A DNA stretch of 64,000 bases from NCBI RefSeq assembly GCF_036971445.1, contig NC_091472.1, forward strand, positions 91,388,001 to 91,452,000, written 5' to 3'. This DNA is from Narcine bancroftii. Its lineage: Eukaryota. The notes under the pieces are model-generated. The model worked only from the letters and a program-made list of their open reading frames with translations, was not told the DNA's origin and did not search any database. Positions 26,201-38,506 of the stretch are shown here, in pieces. Positions within the stretch are counted from its first letter, which is position 1; every line of letters starts with the position of its first letter. The position numbers and the translations under genes are program-made.

Positions 26201-27040
26201 GCCTGAATCCACATGCCCACCACTTTTGTGAGCTTCTGTACTGATTGTGGGTTCAAGAACAGGGGGTAATTCTTCTCTGGGAGCAGAGTCTCCTCAGGCA
26301 ACGCTGGTGGTGTCATTGGGGGAAAATCTGACCAGGCTTCTGCTCCTCCGTCTCTTGGCTGGTTTGTATTCTTCTCCCGTAGCTGGGGAGCCACGGCATC
26401 TAGTCTGCTCTTGGTCTCACGGAGCTGGGAGCGACCACCTCTCCATTGCCCCTGGTCTCTCCCGGAGCTGGGGGGGGGGGTGGTGTGACTGCTTCTGCAC
26501 TGCTCCTGGTCTCCCAGAGTCAGGAGTCACAGGACTCTGCCTTGCTCATGACCTCCTGAAGCTGGGGGTCGCTGAGTGCTGAATCACCCACCGTCAGGCT
26601 TAATTATAATCTGTTTTCTTCCTTTCTTTCCTCTCCGTCCTTACACATCCTGTGTTTGCATCCAGCATTTGTACTGGCTTCCTCCTCCGATGCCAAAAGG
26701 CTGCTGGCTTCTGCTTGGCCTTGACCCTTTTCTTCCCCCTGCTAGCAATGTCCGTTGCAGGTATCTTGCATTTTCTTTCTTTTTCCTACTATCCACCATT
26801 TTCCCTCACAGCTCCATCCTCCATTGCCTCTGGTCCTCAGGAGGGGCCTCCAGGCGTGGTTTGGGTTTGAGGGTTGGATATACTTGAGGTCTCCTCTCTT
26901 CCCCAATCTTGATCTCTTTCACAGTCTGTGAAACTCTGTGAGTTTCGGTCACAGCTGAGATTGAGGGGGTGTTGACTTCATTGGGGTGGTGGTGTTGTCC
27001 ATTTTCCCCCTTGTTGCCTGTGCATAAGTAGCTACACATT
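23215..27040 (-). mobile_element. Tx1-clade LINE, decayed (ORF1 3' part and ORF2)
   Basis: APE start NVRSVK...FLQECG, INVYA, GDFN; RT NWRHISLLNIDKKILSK, LDQEKTFDWISH; LKLVGIWFGG, ILSVLLYVAQVW. Confidence 0.9.
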
Positions 27041-27069
27041 TTGGGTAGGCCCTGTAGAAGTGGCCTGAT

Positions 27070-27650
27070 TCCACATTCAGATCTCCTCTACATCGGAGAG
27101 AATGAACGCAGACTGGGAGATCGCCTTGTTGAGCATCTGGCTCTGTCCGCTGCTATTGCCATTTCAATTCCCCATCCCATTTCCTTGCTGACATGTCTGT
27201 CCATGGTGTCATACACTGCCAGATTGAGATAACCTGCAAATTGGATGAACAACACCTCCACTTCCTACTGGGCATCCTACACTGGATGTCATTCCGGTAA
27301 TATCGACCTATCTGACTTTCGTTAAGACCCCCCTCGCTTCTTTCCCCATCACTTTCCCCCAGCTTTGTCTATCCCTTCCATCTACTTTTGCACAGACATG
27401 ATCAATTCTTACTTCATCCTTTATCATGTCCAATTAACACCTTTTGTTGGTTTTGATTCCTCCCCCAACCAGCATTGTTTGAATTCTGAGACTTTCTGAG
27501 ATTTCCTCGTCCTGGCTCATTCTGCTTATTCCTTAAGTAAAGGTTCAGGCCCGAAACATTGGCAAGATATCTTTGTCTCCTATAATCACTGAAAAGACTA
27601 GCTGAGTTCCTCCAGCCTTTCAGTGTGTTTTTCCCCAAGTCCTGAAAATC
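27070..27650 (+). mobile_element. Penelope-like element 3' fragment
   Basis: LLYIGENERRLGDRLVEHL (GIY-YIG region), KLDEQHL, tail with GGTTCAGGCCCGAAAC and GCTGAGTTCCTCCAGC. Confidence 0.85.
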
Positions 27651-28254
27651 TTCTCTGAACTCATTCAATCTTATTGATATCTTGCTCTTAGGTAGGTGAC
27701 AAATACTGCACACAATACTCCAAAATTGGCCTTAACCAGGTCTTATACAACTTCACTATAACATCCTAATTCCTGTTCAATACTTTGATTTATGGAGTCT
27801 GATGTGCCAAAATTCTCTTTACAACCCTATCTACATGTGACATCTCTTCACCATTACATCCCAACTCTTGTACTCAATACTTTATTTGGATTCCTCACAT
27901 TAATTCATCAGTCAAAAACTTAGAAAGGAGAAACTGTGCCCAGCAGTGGGAGAGCTTGAAGAACTGCCAAAGTGGGCAGTGAGAACACTTGTTCTTCAAT
28001 TTAGGGGGTAATTTTTTGAAGTAAAAGAAATTAATCACTGCAAGTGACCAAAATGATAATCCAAATGGTCCTTTGAGGAAGAGAATCTGGTCTTCCAAAT
28101 ATCTCACCAGTTTCACATCAATACAGCTTAAAAATGGGCCACTTTATTTTGAGGATCAATGGCAGTCTTGCCAGTGGAATCAATGCCCCAGGAATATACT
28201 GTGTACTAAACAAATACATGGAATTATGTACCTACAGCACATGAGATGATGAGG

Positions 28255-28840
28255 CCTAAAACATCAGAGCAGAATTGGGCAATGCTTTTTTTTCATCCTT
28301 TTTTAGATGAACTTGTTAAATATGGGTTTAATATGGTTGTCATAGATCATATCATTACATCAGACAGAATTTACTCTTTGTTTAGATCAAGGGATTGTCT
28401 AATGTAGTTTTACTTATTTTCTATCCATATGTATATGATATGACCTTTTATTTGTTTTATTAAAGACTATGTATGTAGGAATTATATGTTAAACTCAATA
28501 AAAATATTTTAAAATGAAAAACAGAATTGGGCAATTCAGCCCATTGAGTCTGCTCCGCCATTCAAATCAGGCTACTTTTCCCTCGACCACTTTCTCCTGC
28601 TTTTTTCCCATAATCTTTGACGCTCCTTATTCATCAAAAAACTATGAACCTCTGCTTTAAATGTACCTAATAACTTGGCCTTCACAGTTGTCCGCGACAA
28701 CGAATTCCACAGATTCACCACCCTTTGGTTGAAGAAATGTTTCCTCTGAAGGGATGTCCTTTTATTCTGAAGCCTTGCCATCTGGTCCGAGACTCTCTCA
28801 CTACTGAAAACACGTTCTCTGTGTCTGCTCTATTCAGGCA
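28255..28840 (-). mobile_element. CR1 LINE 3' end (host of the 238-bp insertion)
   Basis: ORF 28572-28781 RKHFFNQRVVNLWNSL...FKAEVHSFL is the CR1 ORF2 C-terminus. Confidence 0.85.
28284..28521 (+). mobile_element. Short TPRT insertion (probably an L1 3' UTR) with 14-bp TSD
   Basis: CAGAATTGGGCAAT at 28270-28283 and 28522-28535; AATAAA at ~28497 then an A-rich tail. Confidence 0.8.
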
Positions 28841-29905
28841 ATATTCAGCACATAAATTGGTCACTCTATCCACAATCAAGGACACTGTTTATATTGAACA
28901 ATTCACTCTTCCCAGTTTGCTTTGATATCTCTATTTCCTTTCCTCTTATTATGCTTAGAGATCCCACTTGCATTCATCAGTGCTGGCAGCTTTAACTGAT
29001 TGATGAAAAAGGGTAGCATGTTCAATGAATTTCTGGGAGTAATGCCCCTGAAAACTTAGCCTTTTATTAACTATCTTGTATTTATATCCTTGGGCACCAT
29101 TTTTCTCATATCATCCCTTGAAAAACTTTCATAGTTTTAAAGATCCATTTTAGAGCATCTTCTGCTACTTCTGAGATGGTCTTGTTTTTGAAGACTTATA
29201 TCCCACTCCAGAGACTGGAACACACTTACTTAGTTTGACTTTAGAGGAAGTGTTGAAGACTCCACTTTCCAAATGAGATGCTCCAAAATAAGCAGGAGAT
29301 GTGGGCATAATTGTAATATTTAAGACATTTACAGAGGAACTGTTCAGAGGGATAGGGGCCAAACACAGGCAATGGACTAACTTAGGTAAACAACTTCATC
29401 AGCATGGACAAGTTGGACCATAGGGGTTGTTTCCATGCTGAATTAATTGATGATTATGGTAATCTGAGGCCTCACCAATTTTCTCAAGCAAAACAAATTG
29501 CTGAAATTACATGAAGCCGAACAAAGTAGTTACTCCTCTTGTATTGGACAATATTTATCCCTCAAATGAGATTATCCATTCATTGCCACATTGGTTTTTG
29601 TAGGAGTTGCAGAGTGCAAATTGACTGTCATTTTTCCACAGCAATTACATCTCGGATCATTGGCCTTGCAATATCCTGAAAGGGATGTGGAAAACCCTTG
29701 TTTTCTTAGGCTTCTACTGAGGTATTTGGGGACAGCAGTCTCCAAGAATAAAGATTAATCCATCCAAGTGTGTCACAAGGAACCAGTAGAAAAAAATGTA
29801 GAAAAAGTGTTTTTTTGCTGCTTTTGGACTCTTTTGTCATTAAAGCATATTGATGTTGGAGAAGAAAAGCCATTCAATTAGCTATTAGGACCTGTCCGAT
29901 CAGTT

Positions 29906-30146
29906 AAGACATGGGCATAATCTGCCTAAGATTGTCTGATCTCAGAACCTAAGCAGGCTCAGGGCTGGTCAGTACTGGGAGGAGTGACTGCCTTGGAACA
30001 CTAGGTGCTGTAGATTTCTGTGAGTGGCGCTGGACAAAATGACGTCTCTCTCTGTCGTCCTTACTTGTGGTAGACAGAATTTAATGTATGTTACATTCTG
30101 AATTTAGTATTATGTTACAATAATGGAAGCTTTACCTTTACCTTTA
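29906..30146 (+). mobile_element. 5S rRNA-derived SINE (SINE3-like) or 5S pseudogene fused to a LINE-like tail
   Basis: 29934-30016 GTCTGATCTCAGAACCTAAGCAGGCTCAGGGCTGGTCAGTACTGGGAGGAGTGACTGCCTTGGAACACTAGGTGCTGTAGATTT aligns colinearly with vertebrate 5S rRNA nt ~37-120; followed by ~130 bp ending ACAATAA...TTTACCTTTACCTTTA. Confidence 0.8.
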
Positions 30147-30261
30147 TATGGATGAATGCATCAGACAACCAATAAGATGGGTGTGAGGCAGAGCATTGGG
30201 TGGCCATAGGATGAGATCAACCAGATCCTTGGAAGTATGGGATCCACAGAATGTGTTAAAT

Positions 30262-30530
30262 GTTTAAATGTAGACATACAGCACAGTATGAGGCCCCTTT
30301 GGTCCATGAGCCTATGCCCCCATGGCCTACAAATTGACCTACAACATTATACCCAAATGACCTTCAAACCCCCAGTACGTTTTGAATGGTGGGAGGAAAC
30401 TGAAGCACCCAAAGGGAAACCTTGTAGACATGGGAAAAACATACAAACTCCTTTCAGAGAGCGCTGGATTCGAATCAAAGTCCTGGTCACTGCCGCTGTA
30501 ACTCTTTGCACTACCTGCCATGCTAACCGA
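30262..30530 (-). mobile_element. tRNA-derived V-SINE-like element
   Basis: Same family as 4655-4912 (GGATTCGAATC, ACATACAAACTCCTT, GTGGGAGGAAAC). Confidence 0.85.
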
Positions 30531-32340
30531 TCACGGAGCACATTTTGACAGAAGGTGGTCAAATTCTGGAATTCTCTACCCATGAGAGTTGTGAAGGTTA
30601 GAAAATCAGATGTATTTAAAGAGGAGGTAGATATTTTCTTAAATGATTAAGTAAGTGAGGGCTTTAGGGAACTGGCACAGATGAGGAGTTGAGTCTTGGG
30701 ATAGATCAATCATGATCAAAGTGAATAGTGGGGCAGCCTTAGGGCAATGTGGCTTATTCTTCTATTTACAAAATGTTCTTTCCTTTGCAATGAAAAGATC
30801 AGTCCTTTCCACGTCAATATAAGGTGAGGTAGGGTTACATGTGAGGTGCTACATTCCAACTGACTTCTAATAATTCAACAATACCTGGTCTTCACCACAG
30901 AAAGAGATCACTGAGTGGACAGAGGAAAAATTTCAAGGAGATGGTCAAGGTTTTTTTGAGAAAACTTGCAATATCTGCATTAGCTCCTGAGAACATCTGA
31001 GGAGACCCCACTCTCAGAAGAAGATCACTCCCTGTTCCTGAGTCTGAAATCAATGCTGCAGTTCACCAAAGTGGTGGCCAAAAGGGTTCAGGCTGATTGA
31101 CACTGGACTGTAGGATTGTGAACTGGAGATTCCAATAAACCACAATGGGGATTAAAATAGCAACCTTCAATGTGTACACTGTCATATGCACTGCACAATG
31201 TTTAAAGCGTCCTGCAATACCTTGCCAAAGTCAAGGTAGATGTGATACCCACAAAGAAGTGTGGCTACCACACCTCAGAAATTATCGGAGGTGTTTGCAA
31301 AAATGGCCCTTTGGCTTGCTGGTATGGTTGGGGTGGGGGAGTGGGGACGGGGGGTTGGAGGGGGAGGAGATTGTTAAGTCTCCAGTCTGAGTACCTTGCT
31401 GCGGGAAGGCAACTTTGTAATCACCGAGATTAAGGAGGTGGTTGGGGGAGTGTCTAGTTGTGTTGGATCTAATGTACCGCAACACCCCGCTCCAGCTGAT
31501 AAATGTGTATGCCTCGCACATGCAGCACAAGAGGCTGGCCGTCTTCCAGCAACTTCCACCATTGCTGGCAACATTCTGGCTGGTGACTTAAACTGCATCA
31601 AAGATGCGGCTGGATAATCTGGCAGTGCCGACAGCAGACTGGACATCTCCTCCAGACACCTGATGGAAGAGGTAAGGGTCACACAGCCTTGCGACAACTT
31701 TAGCAACCCTGCAGATGGAATACAGCAGCAGCCCACCTGGTCAGGATCGGATGGCTCAACCCAGTCTCGGATAGACTTCATTTTCAAGTCGATGACCATC
31801 ATGGTCAGAACTACTGACATTATGCTGGTGTTCTTCTTTGACCACTGTCTCCTTTGCACCTTCTGCCACCTACAGAAGGACCAGAAAGTGCGGAGGGGAA
31901 TGTGGAAACTCAACGTGAAGCTGCTGACCCCAGAGAACATCGAGGAACTAAAGAGGATCACCAGACTGGAGAACTGTGAAGCCCTTCTTTGGTTCCCCAG
32001 TGAAGTGGTAGGAAGCGATGAAGGTATTTGGAGAGCAAGACAGAGGCAGAGAGAACGGTGCCAACTCCAGACTAACCTCCAGAAACTCTTCCTTTTGCTG
32101 TCAAGAAGGGTGGATGTGAGAGAGGAACTCTGGAAGTTGAAGAGCTGGCAAGCCACACTATTCACCTCGGAGTCCTCCAAGATCATTTTCTGATCCAGAG
32201 CCCACACAGTGGAAGAGGATGAGATGTGATCATACTGCTACTTCCAAAAAGTTCACAGAGGGAGTACTGTGATCTACTGCCTTAATGAAGAGGTTCAATA
32301 GTTCCTTTTATGCTGGTCTGTGACTGTTGAACAATAAGGC

Positions 32341-32663
32341 TGTCATGGTCGCATAACCTGCCTTCATTGGTCACCACTGATGATGCAAGCGAAGCGACAT
32401 GTAGAAGTAATAGTGCGCATGTGTGGGTTTGTTAAGTTTCAGTATATGAGTGATGGATCTTGGACATAGGAGGAGGAGAGTGAGAGCGTCAGGATTACCC
32501 ATGTGGCAGGTGAGAGGGGTTTGGCTGGGTGGTGTTTGGGGAGTTGAAGAATGCAATGTTGTATCTACAGAGAATAAAGAAAGTCGACTCTATAGTGTGT
32601 TGAAAGAAAAGAGTAAGTGTATTCATTATTTGTTTGTAAACTGGGGTAACTCAGTGCTGTTAA
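32341..32663 (+). mobile_element. Solo LTR inserted in Tx1
   Basis: 5-bp TSD AAGGC (32336-32340, 32664-32668); starts TGTCA; AATAAA ~32573; removing it rejoins Tx1 sequence matching the minus-strand Tx1 copy. Confidence 0.75.
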
Positions 32664-33608
32664 AAGGCCACAGACAGAATAACTTCCCACAACTTCGACG
32701 TCAGTAAGTGAGTCAGTCTGGTCCCTGGGGGAGTTGACAGACTCCATCCATTCCTTTTGGTTGAGTAAAACTCCTGCTCCTGGCAAGCAGCATGTCAGAT
32801 AGCATGAGAAAGCCCATCATTACCCTCATCTTCCAACAAAAGGGGAAGAAGAAGATAACAGGAATTGGAGGCCCACATCATTGTTAAACATTGATTACAA
32901 GATCCTGTCCAGACCATCACTAATTGAGGGCAGGTGATCCACCCAGACTAAACCTGCACAGTTCTGGGCAGCAAAATCTTTGACAGCCTCATGCTGCTCA
33001 GAGATACTATCGTCAATGTGCAAGACGTAAGGTGGACACCTGCCTGGTCAGCTTAGACCAGGAGAAGGCTTTTGACCAGATATTGCACACATACGGTACA
33101 TGATGGATGTGCTTTCCAAATTGGACTTTGGGGAGGGAATCCAAAATTGGATTAAATTGGTCTACATGGACAACCGTGGTGCAGTTCAAATCAATGGGTG
33201 GGAAACAGATAACTTCCCTATCAGGTTTGGAGTCAGGCAAGGTTGGCTGCCCTCTCCAGTCTTATTTGTGTGTTCCATAGAGCCCTTTGCTGAATCCATT
33301 AGGAATGTTGAGGGTGTAAGAGGGAGTGCTGTTGCGAGGCAGTGGAGGTACTCAGGTCAAAGCCTCCCAATACGTGGTCAGTGTCACCCTATTCTGCTCT
33401 GACACATGATCGGTCTCCACTACTCATCATCTGCGGCCAATTTGAGTTGCCATTGGGAGCCAGGGTAAACCGAAAAAAGAACAAGGCAATTCTCTTCAGT
33501 AACTGGTTTGACAGGTCCACCAACCCCTTCACAGACAGATCTACCTGAAGCTATTGAGGATCTGGTTTGAAGGGGCTGAGTCATGCAACAAAAATCGGTC
33601 GGGGCAGA

Positions 33609-34827
33609 TAACATAACGTAACATAACATAACAATTACAGCACGGAAACAGGCCATTAGGCCCTTCTAGTCCGCACCGAACCAAACCTTCCTCTCTAGTC
33701 CCACCTACCTGCACAATGACCATAACCCTCCACCTTCTTCTCATCCATATACCTGTCCAGCTTTTTCTTAATTAATAAAATTGACTCTGCCGCCACTATT
33801 TCTCCCGGAAGCTCATTCCACACCGCTACCACTCTCTGAGTAAAGAAGTTCCCCCTCATGTTACCTCTAAACCTCTGCCCCTTAACTCTTAACTCATGTC
33901 CTCTTGTTTCAATCTCTCCTACTCTTAACGGAAATAGTCTATCCACATCCACATCCCTTTCATAATCTTAAATACCTCTATCAAATCCCCTCTCAATCTT
34001 CTACGCTCCAAAGAATAAAGACCTAATCTGCCCAATCTCTCCCTGTACTCTAGATGCTTAAACCCAGGTAACATTCTGGTAAATCTTCTCTGCACTCTCT
34101 CCACTCTGTTTATATCCTTCCTATAATTAGGCGACCAGAACTTCCTAAATTAGGCCGCACCAACGCCTTATACAATCTCAACATCACTTCCCAACTCCTA
34201 TATTCCATGTAATGATTGATAAAGGCCAGCATACTAAAAGCCTTCTTCACCACCCTATTCACATGAGTTTCTACCTTCAGGGAACGATGTACCGTTACTC
34301 CTAAATCCTTCTGCTCTTCTGTATTCATCAATGCTCTCTCATTTACTACGTATGTCCTGTTCTGATTCTTCTTACCAAAATTAAGCATCTCACACTTATC
34401 AGCATTAAATTCCATCTGCCATTTTTCAGCCCACTTTTCTAAGCAACCCAAATCCCTCTGCAATCCTTGAAAACCTTCTTCATTATCCACTATTCAACCT
34501 ATCTTAGTATCGTCTGCATATTTACTAATCCAATTCACCACCCCATCATCTAGATCATTAATGTATATAACGAACAACAATGGGCCCTGATCCCTGAGGC
34601 ACACCACTGATCACTGGCCTCCAACCTGATAGACAATTTTCCACTACCACTCTCTGGCCTCTCCCTTTCAGCCAATGTTCAATCCATTTGACTATCTCAA
34701 AATTTATACCTAAAGACTGCACCTTCCTAACTAACCTTCCATGTGGTACCTTATCGAAGGCCTTACTGAAGTCCATATGGACAACATCCACTGCGCTACC
34801 CTCATCTTCATTCCTAGTCACCTCTTC
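33609..34827 (-). mobile_element. CR1 LINE, 5'-truncated, relatively young, nested in Tx1
   Basis: ORFs: MDFSKAFDKVPH...SGVPQGS, WQMEFNADKCEM, NFFTQRVVAVWNELP; (TAACA)n tail at 33609-33633. Confidence 0.95.
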
Positions 34828-36414
34828 CACCAGAAGAGGTCCACCAGAAATTTTGGTCTGTGGCTATGTGGCTACCTCTAAATAACTGAAAAGAACCTGG
34901 TCATCAGGTACAAAGTGTTCTCAGAAATGCTGTACCAGGTGTGGCCCATCCCCTGCACCTCCACCCTGGCAGTCACCAGAGTAGTCTTCCGGTTTGTAAG
35001 CGTATCCAAATTGAAAAGGGTCTGAAGAATTGCCATGTACAAGTCACCAGACAAAGGGGGAAAGGGTGTACTCATCATGTCTTTCATCGTAATGACCACC
35101 TTCATGTGTGGCTGCATCAGCTCTGTGCGAAACCAAATTAAGAGGGTTGCTGTGTGCTAAGCTTCTACCTGTCCCAGGTGTTGCAAAGGATGAGCCTGGC
35201 TCTGCTGCCGTGCAATGTCCCAGTCAGCTGGACTTTGCCATACCACCTATCCTATGTGGAAAAGTTTTCCCAGTCAAACACCTTTGACCACAAGTCCATC
35301 AGGCAGTAGTCAGCACAAAACATTCTGTAGACACTGAGGGTCAAGGACACAATGGACATCGTGGGGTGGTTCCCTAAGCAGACTGTCCAGGTCATCTGGC
35401 AGAATGCCTCTTCACCAATGCTCATGAACAAGTACCAGGACTTGGCCAAGCTGGTGGTGAGAGGAACCCTTCCAGTCACATCCTCCCTGTTCAATAGGAA
35501 TGGAAATTATCCCCGAGATGACTGTGATGAAGTGGAGACAGTTATCCACCTCTTCGCAGAATGCAGAATGCATATTTTGCGAAGAGTGTGTGGGGAATGA
35601 TGCAAGGGTTCTTGTCACAGTTCATCCCCAGCTGCAGTATGACAGAGAACTCTCTGATTTAAGGGCTGTTCCCGGGCACAGAGTCAAACATCCAGAGCTA
35701 CAAGAGGATCATCAACTTGGTGAAAGACACTTTGGTCTACCTGAATCCTATTGGTCTTCCAGCACATTGAGATGTTGGTATGGGAATGCTGTTGACTGTC
35801 ACATTTCAGGCTGCAGGAGTATATGCTGAGGGTTGGCGCAGCCAACACGATGAACCTATGGGTCAGGACTACAGTCTAGAGTCCTTCCATTACCATGCAT
35901 TGCGGGGTTGAGACCAAGGGGAAGTCCCTCATAAAAACAGAAGGGGGAGTAATGAAAAGGTGCCACAGTGGTGACAATTGTGTAAATAGAGTGCGTTTAT
36001 AACCATGTACATTGATGAAGATACATGGATATGACACTAAGAATGTGAAAAGAGTTTTCTTTTTTGTGAATAACTTATTGAGAATAAAGTTTATTGTTTG
36101 AAGATGAAGAAAACAATCAACTGAATCAGAAACATGAAAACTCTTCCCAAGCAACTCACAGAACTGCCAGGAATAATTAAAAAAAAAAATTATGCCATGA
36201 ATTTGTAACAGGATGGAAAAATAAAGTGGATAATAAGGAGGGAATGGTTGAAAGAGTGAATAGATAAAAACAGAACACATTGAAACTGCGGAATTTGTTT
36301 TTCTGACAAGAAAATGGCTTGTTCTTTTGAATAATGCTAGTTTTTAAGACTGTGACTGTGCTGGTAAGGAAGCATCCTCCTGTGTACTGATCCCACTCCT
36401 CACACATATTTAAC

Positions 36415-37830
36415 TCACACAATGTTTGTATATCTCATCTGGGCCTGGGCACTTATCAACCCTCATGTTATTAAGAAGATCCAGCAGTTTCTCTTTCTTA
36501 ACCACAACATGGTCCAGCGCACAAGCTTGTTCTATACTGACCTCACATTGACCAAGGTCCCTCTCTCTGGTGAACTCTGAAGCAAAGTATTCATTTAGGA
36601 CCTCTCCCACCACCTATACCTCCAGGCACATGTTGCCTCCTTTATTCTTAAATAGCCCTATCTTCCCTCCCATCATCCTTTTGCTCTTCATGTATATAGA
36701 CACCTTAGGTTTTCCTTAATCCTACTTGCTGAGACCTTCTTGTGCCCTCTTCTAGCTCATCTAAGTCCTTTCTTAAATTGCTTCCTGGCTACAGTATAAT
36801 TCTCATGAGCCTTTCCTTTCTTTTGCTTCCTAAACCTTCTTTATGCTTCCTTCTTCCTCTTAACTAGCTGTCTCACCTCTTTTGCCGAACACAGTTATCT
36901 TATCCTTCCAGTTTACTCCTGTCTCAGTGGGACAAGTTGATCCAGAACCCCACACAGATGGTCCCTAAATATTCTCCACGTTACTTCCGTGTTTTTCTCC
37001 CTAAATCATCGATTTCCAATTTACTTTCCCCAATTCCTGCCTAATCCCATCCCAGTTAAACACTTTACTATTGGCCTACTCCTATCCTTGTTCTTAGTAA
37101 TGCTAAAGCTCAGAGATTTGTGGTCACTATCTCCAAAATGCTCCCCCAGTGAGAAGTTGAACATCTGATGAGGTTCGTTACCCAGTCCTTGATCGTCTTG
37201 TCCATATACTGTGTTAAGAATCTTCCTTGGACACACCAGACTTCTTGCAGCAAGGAGGTATCAGTCAATAATTTGGAAATTGAAGTCTTCCATAACAACT
37301 ACCCTGTTATTTCTGCACCATTACAAAATCTTCAGAGTCCTGAAGGCTAATTGGTGACCTATAGACTACTCCCAATACAGTAATGATGCCCTTCCTGTTT
37401 TTGACTTCCACCCATACTGACACAATAAACAATCTCTCCACATCATTCTCCTTTCTGCAGCCAGTAACACTAACCCTGATTAGTCATGCCACTCCCCCTC
37501 TTTACCTCCCCCTCCCATCCTATTCCTTTTAACATAACTCAACCCAGAAACCTGCAGCAGCCTATCCTGCCCTTATGTATTCCAATTCTTTGTAAAGGCC
37601 ACAACATTGTAATTCCGCAAAATGACCCACGCTCTCAGTTCATCGACCTTATTGCAAATACTTTTTACGTTGATACATGTATTTCAAACTCTCCAACTGA
37701 TTACATTAATGCTCCCTACATGGCCTGTCCTTCCTCACATTGCATTAACCTTTCCACCGTATGCTCCATCTCCTGGTTCCCATCTCCTTGCCAAACTAGT
37801 TTAAACCCCTGGAGCAGCACCAGCATTCTT
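36415..37830 (-). mobile_element. CR1 LINE EN-linker fragment
   Basis: EVLNEYFASEFT, DKCPGPDEIY, GEHFGDSDHKSL motifs. Confidence 0.85.
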
Positions 37831-38506
37831 GATAAAACTTTTTTCCTGTGTACTCACCAAGGTTACAAGGATTAGGCAAATGGATTGGCTCTATTTACAT
37901 CAGCATCAATGTGTCCTCTCCCTCTTTTGTCATTGATTCTTAAAAGCAAATAATATCAGCACCAAAGCTGGCAAATTGATTGCTAAGCACAGCAAATTCA
38001 TTAATTTTGATTGATTAAAAAATCCACTAACAAAAAATATATCCCCATATATTCCCTCATGTCTCAATAATCATCAGTATTATGTTAGTCCCCAGAAGTG
38101 ATCACATTGGAATCAGGCAAACCTCACTTTATGAAACCTTTCGCGAGATGAAATGGTGTAAAGCAAAGAACCATTTAGTACTATTGAAGGCTCTTTTCGT
38201 AAAAACAAAATCCCCTTTCAAAACCCATTCAAATCCTTTCATAAAACCGAACGCGGGTTTCTTCATAAAAGCGAATTTTTGTAAAGTGAGTATTCATTAA
38301 GCAGAGTATACCTGTATTTCTCTCTGCTGTCTGGGGCTGAAATAACAGAATAATGCTTCAACACAATGCAGAGAAATGCAGTAATTAGATCATAAAATTG
38401 TGTTGATACTCATAATCCTCAAGCGACTTTTTATGAATTCCTCCAAAGCAGAGCTGTAACTATTTCTAGTTGGAGCAATTATAAAACCATAGCACCATAA
38501 AATATA

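Larger units (their letters stand above)
30980..36115 (+). mobile_element. Tx1-clade LINE, decayed, with nested LTR and CR1 insertions
   Basis: MGIKIATFNV, LAGDLNCI, SRIDFIF, WKLNVKLL, LDQEKAFD, GVRQGWLPSPVLF, CDEVETVIHLFAEC; 3' AATAAA and A-rich end at ~36083-36115. Confidence 0.9.

Noticed and set aside
29906-30016. Functional 5S rRNA gene
   Set aside because: 5' third degenerate, many substitutions, no T4 terminator, not in a tandem array
31374-32207. 277-aa minus-strand ORF as a host gene
   Set aside because: Antisense shadow of the plus-strand Tx1 endonuclease region
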